From: Tubulanus polymorphus
Lineage: Eukaryota > Animalia > Nemertea
DNA length: 64,000 nucleotides
Assembly: GCF_964204645.1 (NCBI RefSeq)
Contig: NC_134029.1
Coordinates: 4,898,001-4,962,000 of the forward strand
Direction of reading: 5' to 3'
Shown here: positions 25,493 to 38,056 of the stretch, in pieces
Position numbering within the stretch: the stretch's first letter is position 1
Layout: each line of letters opens with the position of its first letter
Translations under genes and position numbers: made by a program
The notes under the pieces: generated by a model
The model's database searches: none
Seen by the model: the letters and a program-made list of their open reading frames with translations, nothing else
What the model was told of the DNA's origin: nothing

Positions 25493-28400
25493 CTATTGTG
25501 AATTAAAAAATTCTATTAATGTATCCACATTGTAGTTGTCGAGCACTTCCAATAAAATCGGAACTTTCGTCTTCACGTTTTGTCCTTTGAACTTGAATTT
25601 GTCGATGAACAAATCGGTGATCATACCTGTTTATAATCGGATGTCAAGGAATACAAAAACGATTGCAACAAGTGTCAAAAGAAAAATTTAACAAAAAAGT
25701 TCATTCTCTGAATTCGATGGTTGGTGATAAAGGATACCGTAAAGACGTTCCAGATGACAAGGTTGTCTCTTGTATTCTTCTTGAAGATGATCGGCGTTCT
25801 CCAAGATCTGACGATATTCAGGAGCTAAACTTCCGATATCGTTTTCATGCACCTGTACTTCCTATAGAGCATAAATGGACCACGAAAAACTATTCTTTTG
25901 TTTTTTCTTATCGTGTTGTAATTCGAGGGAAAATAAAGTTATCATTAGGGGTCATTCATTTATTACGTACGCATTAGGGGAGGGGGAGGGGTCAATGCAA
26001 TTGCCTACTGTAATGCTTAATGTATATGAAAAATGCTCGATTTTGCGTACAGAGTGGAGGGGGGTTGAAAAATTCAAATTTTATGTTTACGTAATAAATG
26101 AATGATCGTATATTAAATATTACTATTCATTCAAACATACAGTACATTTATAGAAGCAACAGCAGTGAACATGCAACTTTCCTTTCTTTCATTTAGCCTA
26201 CCTTAAGTGCATCAATAAGCTGAACTTTCTTCGCCAGGAGCAGCTGATATTCAAGTCGGGGATGTAACAATCTTATAGTATGCGCAATAGAATCCTCGTT
26301 GATATCTAAGCGAACGAAAATGGAATTTCAAATGATTGTTTATCTAATAGATACGCCGTCTGCTGTAATACCCTACCGTATGTTATATCTAGACGTATCT
26401 TTTTCTTCGTCGCTTCTTTTGAGAGCACGTCTTTTAGGATGGAAATAGTAGAAATATTATCCGATTTGAATATAGCTTCTCCTTTTCTGTAAAAGAAAAT
26501 ACACGTAAAATCTACCTTGTTTTCTGATTGCTTCGTATGGTGTCGAGGAGTACCGGAGCAATCTAATCAATATCACCATGTTTTGAAGAATGTAAGTGAA
26601 CAGTTGAAGTGCAATATGCATTTTGAATGATATGCAAATGTTTAACAGACTCACTGATAAATACACTGAAGTTGAGTATTCAGAAACGTCGAGACGAATG
26701 TAAACGTAACAATATCTTCAGCCGGCGTTCTTTCCGGTAAATCCGGTAAACAAAACGACACCCACGAGTGCATTTCAGCTAAACTGAACTGACCAGTTAG
26801 TTTTAGAGCGTTGTGTGGCCTATAAATAGAAACATGGTGTACAATAAAATTATCAAACAGCGGCCAAGTCGCAGTCACGACCTAACTCCAAAAGTGGTTA
26901 TAAATCATAAGAATATTCTTCCGTTGCTAGATTGGCTATTGAAGCAAAAAGATCTAGAGTGGTCCTAATCATGGCTGTGTTACTGCCCAGGGGCCAGTTG
27001 CCAGTTGCACAGTCATGACTTAAGTCCAAAAGTGGTCTTAAATCTTAAGACTGGTCTTAAGTTGTAAGACTAGCTATAGAACTGAGTTGTTCTTAAACTG
27101 GTCTTAAGTCTTAGCCATGACTATGCAACTGGCCCCAGGGCATCTATCTAAAGTATGTGTGTGATGATCTTCATTACCTGTCCTCTTCAAATAAATGCGA
27201 TCGTTCGTGTAATGATAGAGGTTTAATGAGATATTGTTTCACTTGACAGATTTTTGGCTGCAGTCGCGGAGTAACATAAGCCTGTAACGTTCCGTATTGC
27301 CCTTCGATCGATCGTATTTTCAATTCTAAACGAGTCGTGTTCGCTTGACACCGGTAAGTGGCCAAAAGGAAATTGCCTTGCTGAAAAAATAATGACACTC
27401 AAGAAATTAATAAGGTATTCAGGAGCAATTGCCGGCAATGCAGATACATGTAGTAACTTTGTAAGAATCTTGATAGTAGAATAACCACACTCAAACCAAT
27501 ATACAAATTCTAAAGACTCATTTATAAAAAATTAAAATCAAAATCAAAATGACATTTCAGACTCCAGACAATTATCTCTTTTCAAGGATCTAGTAATTTT
27601 TCAATGCTCAACAATAAAATGGTCACATAAAACAGCAAATCAGCATAAACATAAGATATCATCTTTCTCATAATGGAACCAAACCTACTTACATCTGGAT
27701 CACAACTACTATAACTAACTACAGCTGAATTCTTATCAACATCCAACAGGTCAATAGGAACATCGCTCTATAAGAGATCAATGAAAACTGTTCACTGACG
27801 AATTTGGTTGTTCAATTTACTGAATCATTGACTATGAATTGTTACTAATGTACTACTATACCTGAAGTAGAACATTATCGATAGCCATCTGAACCTCTAG
27901 ACTAAGCGTATAACTGGCATCTTCTCGATTGAGTACAAATTTATCGTTGATGCTAAAATGCGGCACGGCTGAAATGGCATTTTTATTCTGAGCCGTGTGC
28001 TGATATTTCTCTCGCTCTTTCACTACGCGACCCTGCAGTTCTTCTAATTCTTGTCTGTCGAGAATAAACCCCGAGGGTAGAGAAACTGTTTAATCCGAAT
28101 TTGAAAGAAGTAGAACCCATTTCGAACCGAACCAGTTAAATATCCGTTTTCAAACTGGAGTAACTCCAATATACAAATGTAATTAAATGAATTTGTTAAA
28201 TGAATCTACAAAAATCTTCAAATGAATCTTCAAATTTCAAAAGCATACAATTTCTTGAATTACCGAAACAACAAATTAATCAATAAGACTGATCAAAACA
28301 TGTTTAACAGCTACAGACATCAGGTACACAAATACAAATGCAACAAGATCACTCCTTTACACACATAACAACATTACATCTAATCTAGGAAGAGATGAAT

Positions 28401-31400
28401 ATTTCCAAAATTATTGGAGTATTTTTTCCGAGTATCGAATATTTTGGAAATCTATGAACCAATTCTTACTTGATGTTGATCATTTTGGCTTGAGTTTCCG
28501 CATCAATAATGACCTCGGAACCAGAGCCCATCTCCTTTTCCAGGTGCTCAGTCGTCAGACCCATTATCCAACCTTCAACAACAGACGATGGTACAAAGTG
28601 AACAGTGTGATGGATGACTACGTATGATACTTATAGATACTTACTGTCCTATTAGCTGGAATTCAGTTTTACATGCATGGATCACAACAAAGAAACAATG
28701 ACCCAGTTCCACATTAGCAGTTAGATCGACACTCTAAGACAAAATTGATTCATTTCGAAGACTATTAATCCCGCTAATCTGAATTTCTTGGGAGCAATGA
28801 AATGAATCCAGACTGCGCAGATATCCGGATTGATATCCTACAAATAGACTAAATATCAAGTCCTGATCGGATCAAACTCGAATTAAATTATCTGCAATAA
28901 TCAAGCTTTACTCTCTTTAAAATGAATCAACATGCAGAATTATGGAACTGGGTCTAATATACTAGTAAACCAGTTGAAAATGATGTATGTTTTTCCATAT
29001 CAAATAAGTTCTTACAATCAAAAACTTTTTCATGTTCAACTCTTGTGTTCAGTGTACACTAAGATAAAGACAATACAGTGACTCGTTGAACTACACTCAG
29101 CGTTCACTGTACCTCATATTCAATATTTTGGCTTTTGCTTCATTGCTGATGACGGGGAATTGACCGACATAGTTCATACGCTGGCTCCTAACATCGGTAG
29201 TAAGACCGTACAACCAGCCTATATTGGCGTTTCCAAAAATAAATGACAGATGGAGGAGGGAAAAATAGAATCATAACTTAACATCGAAAAGAAATTAAGG
29301 CAAAGTTAAATCATGATCACTCAAGTACGAGAACCGGTTCCACAGTTGTGAGATTTAACTGAAAACTATCAATTCACAATTATTTCATATTCTAGCGTGG
29401 ACTTCTAACTCACAAGTGCAGAACTGAGACCCAGATGTAGAACTCGGATGTAGAACTGAAATAGTGCTGGAAGTTTATCAAGAAACAAAAGAAATAGTAG
29501 ATGATAATGCCTTAGGTTTTTAAAGACTTCATGTGGTATGATTCCTCACTTACCGGCATATGTGGAACAGATTATTTCATCGTAGCCAGCCGAGGCAACA
29601 ATTCCTCCTTGAACCGAGGTGACGCTTTCGCTGCAAACCTACAATACAATAACAATAATGTGACATGAAAAGTAATCGATGAAAAGTAAGCACATTTTCC
29701 CTCGTATTACCCGATATTTTGAGTGGAATATCCGATAAATCAGAGTTGATGGATAATCCTCCTACAATCGATGATGTTTCAACGTTCAATTATCCGTCCG
29801 ACTGGTTAAAGATTCATCTCAATCCCATCTTCCGAGACGAATCAAGTCGGACGAATTTTCACAATCCAAAAAGGTCTGACTTGAGCGAAGTCTACTGTAT
29901 ACAGAATCATACAGTGTAGCCACCGAGGGTTAAGTCTATCATACAACATCCAGCTGGGAGAGAGATTAACCCTGCCCGTGCTGCCTGAAGTTCGGTGCCA
30001 TATTGTTCTATATCGTGATACCAGTTATACGCAGTGAAAATAAAGGTTTTAAACTTACGTGACTGTAACGTAAAACGGGATCATCTCCTTCATCGTATCC
30101 GTAAACCTCGACTAAACCGTCGTCTCTTCCGACTATCAGATCCTTGACACCATCAGCCGTTATATCAAAGTTATCAAGACACAGAACACCTTAAACAGAT
30201 ATAGTCTTTCATATATATATATAACTCTCATTTTCATAGTTGAGCATGTACAGTGAGGCCATTTTCCCCATTTAAAATTTCCCTGCGTAAACCATATCAT
30301 AGGCCCAAAACACGAAAATCAGCAGGTGAATGGAGAAATATCTTGGTTTAAAATTCTAGAATTAATTCATTTTTCATGCATCATGTATTGATATAAGAAA
30401 TGCGTGGTAAATCCAAATTCTCTGAGTTTTCCAGGATTTTCACAAAATTTGTCAAATTCTATGATATTTGCGGATTCCCTAAGTTTTCCAGAGGGCAGCG
30501 ACCTCCCAGGGCATCGATAACGGCCATAGTTTCTTTAAAAAACTACATTTTCATACATACCTCCATTGCGTTTCTCATTTGGTAATTCCCATCGATGTTC
30601 CGGTGTCTCCCTAACAAAAGTGAAATTAATGAACTACGATAAAACGAAAAATTGTAGAACTGCGCAAGAATTTAATACCAGTCAGATGAGGTATATCCAG
30701 GCTCCATTTCAAATAGTTCATTATCATATCATCGCAGCGTTTATTTGAAGATCGTTCATTTCATGCATAATTTGGACTAGAATTGATGGATTAATGAATC
30801 GATACCTGTTGATTGAAACAAGTCCAATTTTTCCGTCTGAAGTTCCGTAGAGTACATCTGTACCATCATCGCCTCCGTCATTACCGTATAAACACAATGT
30901 CTGAGGGGGGCCGGCTACCTCGACTTCATACAACAATTCAGATTCCTAATCAGGAAAAATATGTGAATGTTGATCACTTGAAGTTTGTATATTTTTGCAA
31001 CTTTTTGCAATCTCATAATTACACATGATAAAAGTATCAAATTGAAAAAATTTGAACATTGGTAAATGCTAGTTTTTACAATTTGACTGTAGTTTAGTTC
31101 GATCTCAAAGGATATACAAACAATGATTCTTCTGAAAGGATATATTGCCGATTATTTCGATTGAGGTCCTTTCTGAAAGAGGTACATACGTCCAGAATCC
31201 TCAGCAAGCGATCTTGACAGGCAATCACCGGAGTGAGATGTGAAATTTTTTCCAGCGGCAAACATATGACATCGTTGATTTTATCACCGGACAAGAAATG
31301 ATTTTTATCCTTCAGATCTTGGTAATGATTGCACGTGTATGTACCCGTAAACAGTAGGTCTACGCCTTGAACATGCCTGCAAGCAAAATCCAACATTTCA

Positions 31401-32563
31401 CGCTAAAATATCTAACTCGAATTTTTGCTTCAGTCGATATTGGTTAACAATAATCTGTAAATTTAGTTACTTCAATCATGTTGCAAAGAGGACAACAACT
31501 TAAGCGCTTAGAGCTCAGGACCCAGTTCCAGAGTCATGAGTTAACTCTGAGTTTAAGTTCATTTTCAATGAGTTAACTCATTTAGAGTTTAATCTTAACT
31601 CAGAACTGTGGAACTGGGTCCAAGTGTTTTCATGAAACTGGACTCTTCAGTCAAATCCTGCATTTCAAGCCAATTTAAGACCTTCTTGCAACAAACGCAA
31701 TCTCGAATTACAAGTAGGCACTCACATGGACTGGATACTCTCGGCGAGGTTCGTCGGCAGTTCGAGAAATTGTTTCCCTTTCCGCGTGAAACCTTTAATA
31801 TCGGCGCCAGACGCGACGAACAACTTCTCTTTAACCTGACCGACCGGTCCACCTAATTCCAAACAGTTGATCTTGTGCGACGGTAACGTTTTGAATAGAT
31901 GCTAAAATACAAAATGAAAGACAACACCGCGAAGTCGATATCATCTCAGCTTTTTTTCTTTTGGCAAATGAAAGAACGAGAACATTTCGTTAAATGACCA
32001 CAGCGATATAAACAGTAAAAAATGTATTCTTACGATTGGTTCACGTTTTTTCATGCCGAATACTTGTAACACACCATTATTATCGGCAACAGCAATCTGC
32101 AAGAAAATAATTTAAGTGCCTCAAACAGTAAATAGCGACCGAATCTTTGGTGGAAAGCTTTCATAAATGGGAAAATGAACCACTATTCAAACATGATGAT
32201 ATGAAGACAAGATGATATGAAATAGGTGTAGATAAAATATAGCTGACTGACCTTTTGAGGGTCTTTTCCCACTTTATTCGGCAGAATTTTCATAGTCCGG
32301 GGAGATGTCACGCCGACCTTGAAAAAAACAAGAACATGAGGCCCAGGATGAATGAAAATATTCTATAGTTAGTCTGGTATCTAGCTTTGTTCCAAAACAA
32401 CCGGTACCATCGTTCTGGTATTAAGACAAATTGCAAATAAGCACATTCAGTTGATGATATTCAAGGAAGGTATCAACTCTTTTATATGAAGTGAAGAAAA
32501 TTCAACGGATAGATCAGTTATATTTACCTGAAGATAATCTACACGGGATAAATTTAACTCCAT
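25493..32563 (-). CDS. BBS7: Bardet-Biedl syndrome 7 protein (BBSome subunit), multi-exon
   Basis: Starts [12 protein letters not shown]|[13 protein letters not shown] and includes [40 protein letters not shown] and the C-terminal [23 protein letters not shown]. The first nine exons (36,66,63,176,187,140,50,131,85 nt) are phase-consistent. Confidence 0.95.
25948..26108. mobile_element. MITE (PIF/Harbinger-like ends) in a BBS7 intron
   Basis: TIR GGTCATTCATTTATTACGTA / TACGTAATAAATGAATGATC. Confidence 0.7.
26991..27135. mobile_element. Harbinger-like MITE with a 3-bp CAG TSD, abutting an older degenerate copy (~26861-26987)
   Basis: TIR GGGCCAGTTGC..AGTCATG / CATGACTATGCAACTGGCCC with CAG on both flanks. 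The neighbouring segment shares CAGTCA.GAC.TAA.TCCAAAAGTGGT. Confidence 0.75.
28700..28954. mobile_element. MITE (GACCCAGTTCCA TIR family) between BBS7 exons 10a and 10b
   Basis: 12-bp TIR GACCCAGTTCCA / TGGAACTGGGTC, the same TIR as the element at 31518-31621. Confidence 0.7.
29113..29218 (-). CDS. BBS7: BBS7 alternative coding exon 10a (106 nt), duplicate of exon 10b (28470-28572, 103 nt)
   Basis: tatag|GC TGG TTG TAC GGT CTT ACT ACC...ATG AG|gtacag encodes [35 protein letters not shown]. The paralogous exon 10b encodes [34 protein letters not shown]. Both run phase 1 to phase 2. Confidence 0.8.
31518..31621. mobile_element. MITE (GACCCAGTTCCA TIR family) in BBS7 intron 4
   Basis: TIR GGACCCAGTTCCA / TGGAACTGGGTCC, with internal GAGTTAACTC palindromes. 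Confidence 0.75.
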
Positions 32564-33632
32564 CATCTTGAATAATCTGAAATGTAATATTTCATTCTCA
32601 GTAACTCTTTTAAAATTTCAATAAATGTGCCTCCTCTACTACTTCTGTTTCCAGACACTGTATTAACTGTGTAGTGCGGTGGTATCGTGTATATGACGTT
32701 GCCTCGTCAATTAGGTTTTTGTGTTTCAAAATGTCTAACAAGTTCTTCTTCCGAATACTATCCGTCTTTCACAAGTTCAGTTTTTAGACAATAAAATTAG
32801 AATTGCCACTTTGTCTTCGTTCGTTGATTTTTTAGGCAGAATGACATTTTTATCAGCTGTTTATCCCTTTTCTCTTTCTTTTTTGCTTGTAAAACAACAA
32901 TATCCAATTTTCCACAAGTTCCTAACAAAAGAATTTAAAACCTTAAAAATTAAGTGATACCTTAATGTTTATTCCACACGTAGAACTATTAGAATCTGAG
33001 TAAAAGTCGATTTATTTTGTGAAAATCTGGAGATTTGTGCTTGTTTACATTCTTCGGGAATCCCCGGAATCCCGTAACACTAAATCACACAACATGGAAT
33101 TACAATGGCTAAATCGTGGACATTGGACTCGGGACGTTGAGTCTCGCCGGCTCGATTCACTGAGTCGCGCCGGTCCGGAAAACTGAGAGGTGGCTGCGAT
33201 TCAGGACAGGCTTAGCCCTACCTTTTCCATGTGGGCCCATATTAATTATCAATCATTTATTTTAGAAATAAATTACAATAACTTGTATGTTGTAAAATAA
33301 GACTGAGGAGTTTCAGAGGCATGACTTACTTACTAACGAAAAAAGACAATGTTAGAATAAAATGAGTAGCTGGTTAATAAAGAACCAAGTTGAAAATATA
33401 ACTGCGATAAATACAGGTATTTGGAAATACAACACACACAATATGCTACATGAATATGGCAGCTTGAACTGGATTCCCTAAAGAGGATTATAAATTAATT
33501 AGTAAATAATGGCGTTTCATCCTCGATTTGAATATATTCAAACTTTTACTTTATTCTATTGTCTGACTAATTTAATTCCAAAGTTTAGGAACCTCTCCTC
33601 TTCAAGCTCACGTGTAGCCTGTTCATCAAAAT

Positions 33633-33780
33633 TTATATAATCTAAACTATTTATATATCTATGTACTAGACGTACGAGTAAGAATCCAAGAATTCTTACT
33701 TTCTTACTTTCTTGGAAGAATTCTTACTCTCTTACTCGTACGTCTAATACATAGATATCTAAATAGTTTAGATTATATAA
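33633..33780. repeat. Long near-perfect inverted repeat (hairpin/foldback)
   Basis: The ~50-bp arm TTATATAATCTAAACTATTTATATATCTATGTACTAGACGTACGAGTAAGA is mirrored at the right end with 2 mismatches. The loop is built from TTCTTACT units. Confidence 0.9.
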
Positions 33781-34134
33781 TATTTCTAAATTTTATTTTG
33801 TATGTATATATTTATTCATCTGATAGATTTATTATATATTACTGTTTCAATAATGATAAATATCATAGATTTATTATATATTACTGTTTCACTCTTTCTA
33901 GCTATCTCAAATGCGCCCTACGTGCTCAATCAGTACTTCATTTCTAGATAATAGATAGATATTGACAGCAGTGGTTTTGAAATTCCTTTTTTAACTAACG
34001 GTTTTACGAGTTATGTTTTATTTCATATTGAAAACGATACACGGTCGAATACATGTGCTATCTGGACGCTGCTGAATCATGGACTTTTTCTTCAAAAAAT
34101 AATATATGGAGCAGTTACTACATATTATTATTAC

Positions 34135-34239
34135 CCGTTTTCGGGATTTCAGATACAGCGCGCATCAGCTAACGCTCATTACCCGGGTTATTATAGAGCA
34201 CACAGCCAAACATAACAGCATACACAAATAGATGATCAT
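34135..34239 (-). pseudogene. Orphan, frameshifted exon 1 (membrane anchor) of a deleted acyltransferase paralog
   Basis: Homologous to 39645-39759, and flanks 34240-34650 match ~39760-40255. It is 105 nt versus 115 nt (frameshifting deletion), and no catalytic exon follows. Confidence 0.75.
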
Positions 34240-34846
34240 CCCGATGGTTTGAATACACTCTATCACCGTTCACCTCTCTGTGGCTGCCGGTTTGATTAGG
34301 CACGTTTGAAATAATGCGTTGAAACAAGCTGGTATTTACATTAATCACATAATATATTTTAATGCTTTAGAAATATATACATTTATATATACATATATAG
34401 CTGACCTATATATCACATTTTAAACTTTTTGAACCCGTTTCATCATCCTGCGATTTATGAATACATTTATTAGATGTAAATCCAGTATGGCATATTCCGT
34501 GTAATTTGTCATTATTCGTGCAAGTATTAAGACATTAAGCCATTATTGTGTGAACATTAACTTAACCATATATGATTTGTATTACTTATGATATTCAGGA
34601 ATTATAATCAGATTTGTAAAATGATATTCGTAGACTTCGATTCACATACAGAAACAAGAAAATTAACTTTAATAAATTATTTGACGCCTGCGAAAAAATG
34701 TAGAATTTCTGGGATAAGCTAATGTGGAATTGCAAATTTGAAATCGAAGTTTTAAGAAATTTGGGGAATTACGAGATTTGGCGATTGGGTAGATGATACA
34801 GTCTTCGACTGGTCTAATTTAGAAAAAAAATTGTCAACTTGTCACC

Positions 34847-35186
34847 GACTTCGATTCACTTTAGCTCTAAGCTGGTCTGCAACTTCATTGCCTCCATGGT
34901 TGAAGAAAGAGCTCTTCTGATGTCTGCTTCATCATGACTTCGAGCATATCGTGTAGCCAGCGGCCCGGTCCCGGGCCCCGGTTTGGCTGTCACTCGGTAT
35001 TTTAGACTTGAGTCTGGGTTGAAGTAGACATCGTCATTTAAATAAATTATTCATGTTATTCTGTATGAATTACCCATGTGTCTTGTATTTTGTATTTTCT
35101 TATTCTAAAATTTGTAACTTTATTGAATTTGGGAATTTCATCCCGGAATTTCAATGTAATAAGGATCAATAAAGTATTGAATTGAA
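34847..35186 (+). mobile_element. 5'-truncated non-LTR retroelement (LINE/SINE 3' end)
   Basis: Ends in AATAAA plus an (ATTGA)n tail and is flanked by the direct repeat TTGTCACC (34839-34846, 35187-35194). It lies within a ~1.1-kb block absent from the paralogous flank at ~40260. Confidence 0.5.
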
Positions 35187-35911
35187 TTGTCACCTTATAC
35201 ACATGCCATCAGTGGACGCGGAGCCGTATATGACAGCTATGCTATTATAAATTGCTAATCTCATGAAACCTGCATACCCCTAATATCGAACATATTTTCT
35301 AAAACATTTGAATATTGAAATTATTTGTTTACACGTTTTTATATAGACCGCTTGTAGCCGCCGATGAAATTCACGCCGGCCCTACTCAGATCGTAGATAG
35401 CTTCGTCATTCCACTAGCATCCCCATGTCAGGGTCTGACTTTTATATCAGACTTCCAAATCGTGTATACATCCGCCACTTAACCGAATAATCTATTATAA
35501 TTCTATAATCTAATCATTTCTATTTATGCCTGCCGCAATACGTCTTATCATGATATTCAATGCAATATAACTTTTCGACGTTCAAATAGAGGTCATTATA
35601 TAATCCCAGGGAGCCATTCTACATTTTTATCAATAATATTTTGCCAAATAGCTTGTATGTGTACACTAAAACCTGTGACGTTTTGCACATCGATTTACGG
35701 TTGTCGTTTGTTAAATGACGCTGAATGGTTAACATTGTTTAGGTTTCATAATGGTAACGTTTTATAAGGCGTCAAAAAAAATTGTTTTTTCGAAGCATTA
35801 CCGAATATCATCGTAGCTTCTTAACTTGGTGAAAAAAGTGTTGCAGAACATGTTTATATTAAGCGTATTTCAGCAAAGACAATGCGAGCAGCCACCTGTA
35901 TATAGCATTTA

Positions 35912-37664
35912 TCAATAGGTTTTGAGATTGCTGAAGTGAAGTAGAGTCTCTCTGAACACCTGAGCGTATCTGAACGCGAAATTACGGTCAACGATATCAG
36001 GTTGATATTGTAAAGAAAATGACAGCCTGTCGTCAATGGTCACAGCGACAAGGATGAATATGGCTGGACTGGCATCAAAACAGTCGTATAAGAACTCCAC
36101 CTTCAGGTCGGAAAGGATTTGTTCGCACTTATTCAGACGATTAAGTATGCTAAAACGACCCCAATTTGACACATGAGCATCGGCTACGAGCGATTTCCCC
36201 CATCTGCAAGAATTGAGTTTAAGCATTTTACAATGATTAAACAGCCGCGTGAAATCGGCAACTTCTTCTTCGGTCTGTCGTTGAAAATCTTTCGCCACTT
36301 CCCAAAATGTTTCATCGTCAATATCCGCTGAAATTCGTGCGTCCAACATACAAAGACCTTGAATGTAATCGCCCAAGTCATTCATGGTAACATCTTTACA
36401 TAACCGTGGATACCTTAGATTATAGAGACCACTGACTCTCACATCATGTAGTTGGGACGCATCCTTTTCCAAAAGTTTCAATAATGACAAAGCTGTTACG
36501 GCATTAATCGGGGCGTTCATTCGTAAATTCTTTGATTTCACTGTTTCGGCAAATGAGCTCGTTTCTGTCTCACTGAGGTGAATCGGTATTATATCTAGAG
36601 TTCTGAGGAGCTGTTCTCTGTTCGTCTTCGGTGCATAATCTAGTCGACTCGTCAGATCTAAGCAATCATCGGGTGGCTGGAAAAACGAACGCAATCTTTC
36701 AAACACGAAACAAGTTTTATCCCAGAAGGTGACATTGATATCGGATTCCATGTACTCATCTCTGCCTGGTTTCAAGGGTAAACGTTCCATGTCAGAGGCG
36801 GTAAATTGAGGACTACATTCGAGGTGATTTTGCAAACATTGCATGAAATCTCTGATGAATATTCCTATACCCAAGCCGTCGCAGATCAAATGCAGTCCTG
36901 TCATGACGAATGTATATCTACGATTATCACCTGCCATTTCTACACACTCTAACATCGTTATTCTCCACAACGGCCCGTCCTCATCAAATTGTGTATGTAA
37001 TTCTCTATCTACTAATGCGCGGTAGTCGGTGGTTGCCTGTTGACGAAAATTGATATTTTCTTCCGCCATTTCTTCAAGGAATTTTACGACGGTGCCGTCG
37101 CTTGCTACAAATTTCGAAATCTTGGCTCGTAACATCGGATGCCTTCGATACAATTGCCATACAACATTTTCCACCGATTTCACGTGCAGGGCTACCGTAC
37201 TAGAAAAAGAGAAAATCGTCCAGCATTCTCCGTTTCCAATTTCATTCGCATTGAGATATGCTATTTCGTGACAGGACAAACTTCGCGCATAACGACCTAA
37301 AACAAATCACATTTAGGATATAGACAATTTGATAATTTCCTATCATGTTAATTACAGTTTATTGGATAAGTGAAAGTTAATTCAATTTCATCTGATATAA
37401 TCCATTGTGTATTGTGCACCAGATATAACTATATGAACGCATAAAATGTCATGGGTGCTGCTGGTGCCATAGAATACTGCTAACATAAATATTGTATCGA
37501 AGACGACATCGTGATTTAGAAAACTAGTATGAATTACCTGTTTCCATGATTTTAGACATAGCGCGCTCCAGTTCGGCTTCATTGTCGTCCTTCTTTTTAC
37601 AAAAGTAATTAAGGATTACCCAGCAAATCGCTAACCCCAATAATGTACACAGAGAGATAATCAT
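35912..37664 (-). CDS. Membrane-anchored condensation-domain / alcohol acetyltransferase-like (CoA-dependent acyltransferase) protein A1, ~503 aa
   Basis: Exon 1 37664-37538 (MIISLCTLLGLAICWVILNYF..., hydrophobic anchor) plus exon 2 37296-35912. Motifs RSLSCHE, RRHPMLRAKI, GPLWRI, catalytic HLICDG (HxxxDG), NLR...LGDY, VSNWG. Confidence 0.8.
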
Positions 37665-38056
37665 CCTGAAGTACTGATTGAGCGCGTAGTGCTTTCTTTT
37701 TAGAACTGTGAGTTTTGAATGCTTAGAAAAAAACAGTATGTTTTATTTCATATTGAAATCGATACACTGTCGAATACAAGTGCTATCTAGTTCCGATAGT
37801 TCACATACAAAAGCTCACCTAAAAATTGTGAATGTGGGAATCTAACACAAACGATTTTTAAAATAGATTTCATACCATTTTGACACACATCTTAGGTCAA
37901 CAGGTTTTCGATGTCCTCTACATCGCAGAAGGTTGAGAAAAATATGTTTGCTTTCTGAGAGATTGAAAATGCACACATTAAATGATCCCCTTATAAACTG
38001 CGAGAATTTTATCGAAAAGAAATAATGTACACTATATATTCTTTATTTCCAATGTA

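Noticed and set aside
32698-32711. RFX X-box for BBS7 (GTTGCCTCGTCAAT)
   Set aside because: Only one half-site matches well and the TSS is unknown.
33090-33235. GC-rich segment with imperfect inverted ends upstream of BBS7 as a Pol III ncRNA
   Set aside because: No A/B boxes or match to a family I recognise. It is more likely promoter sequence or an old MITE.
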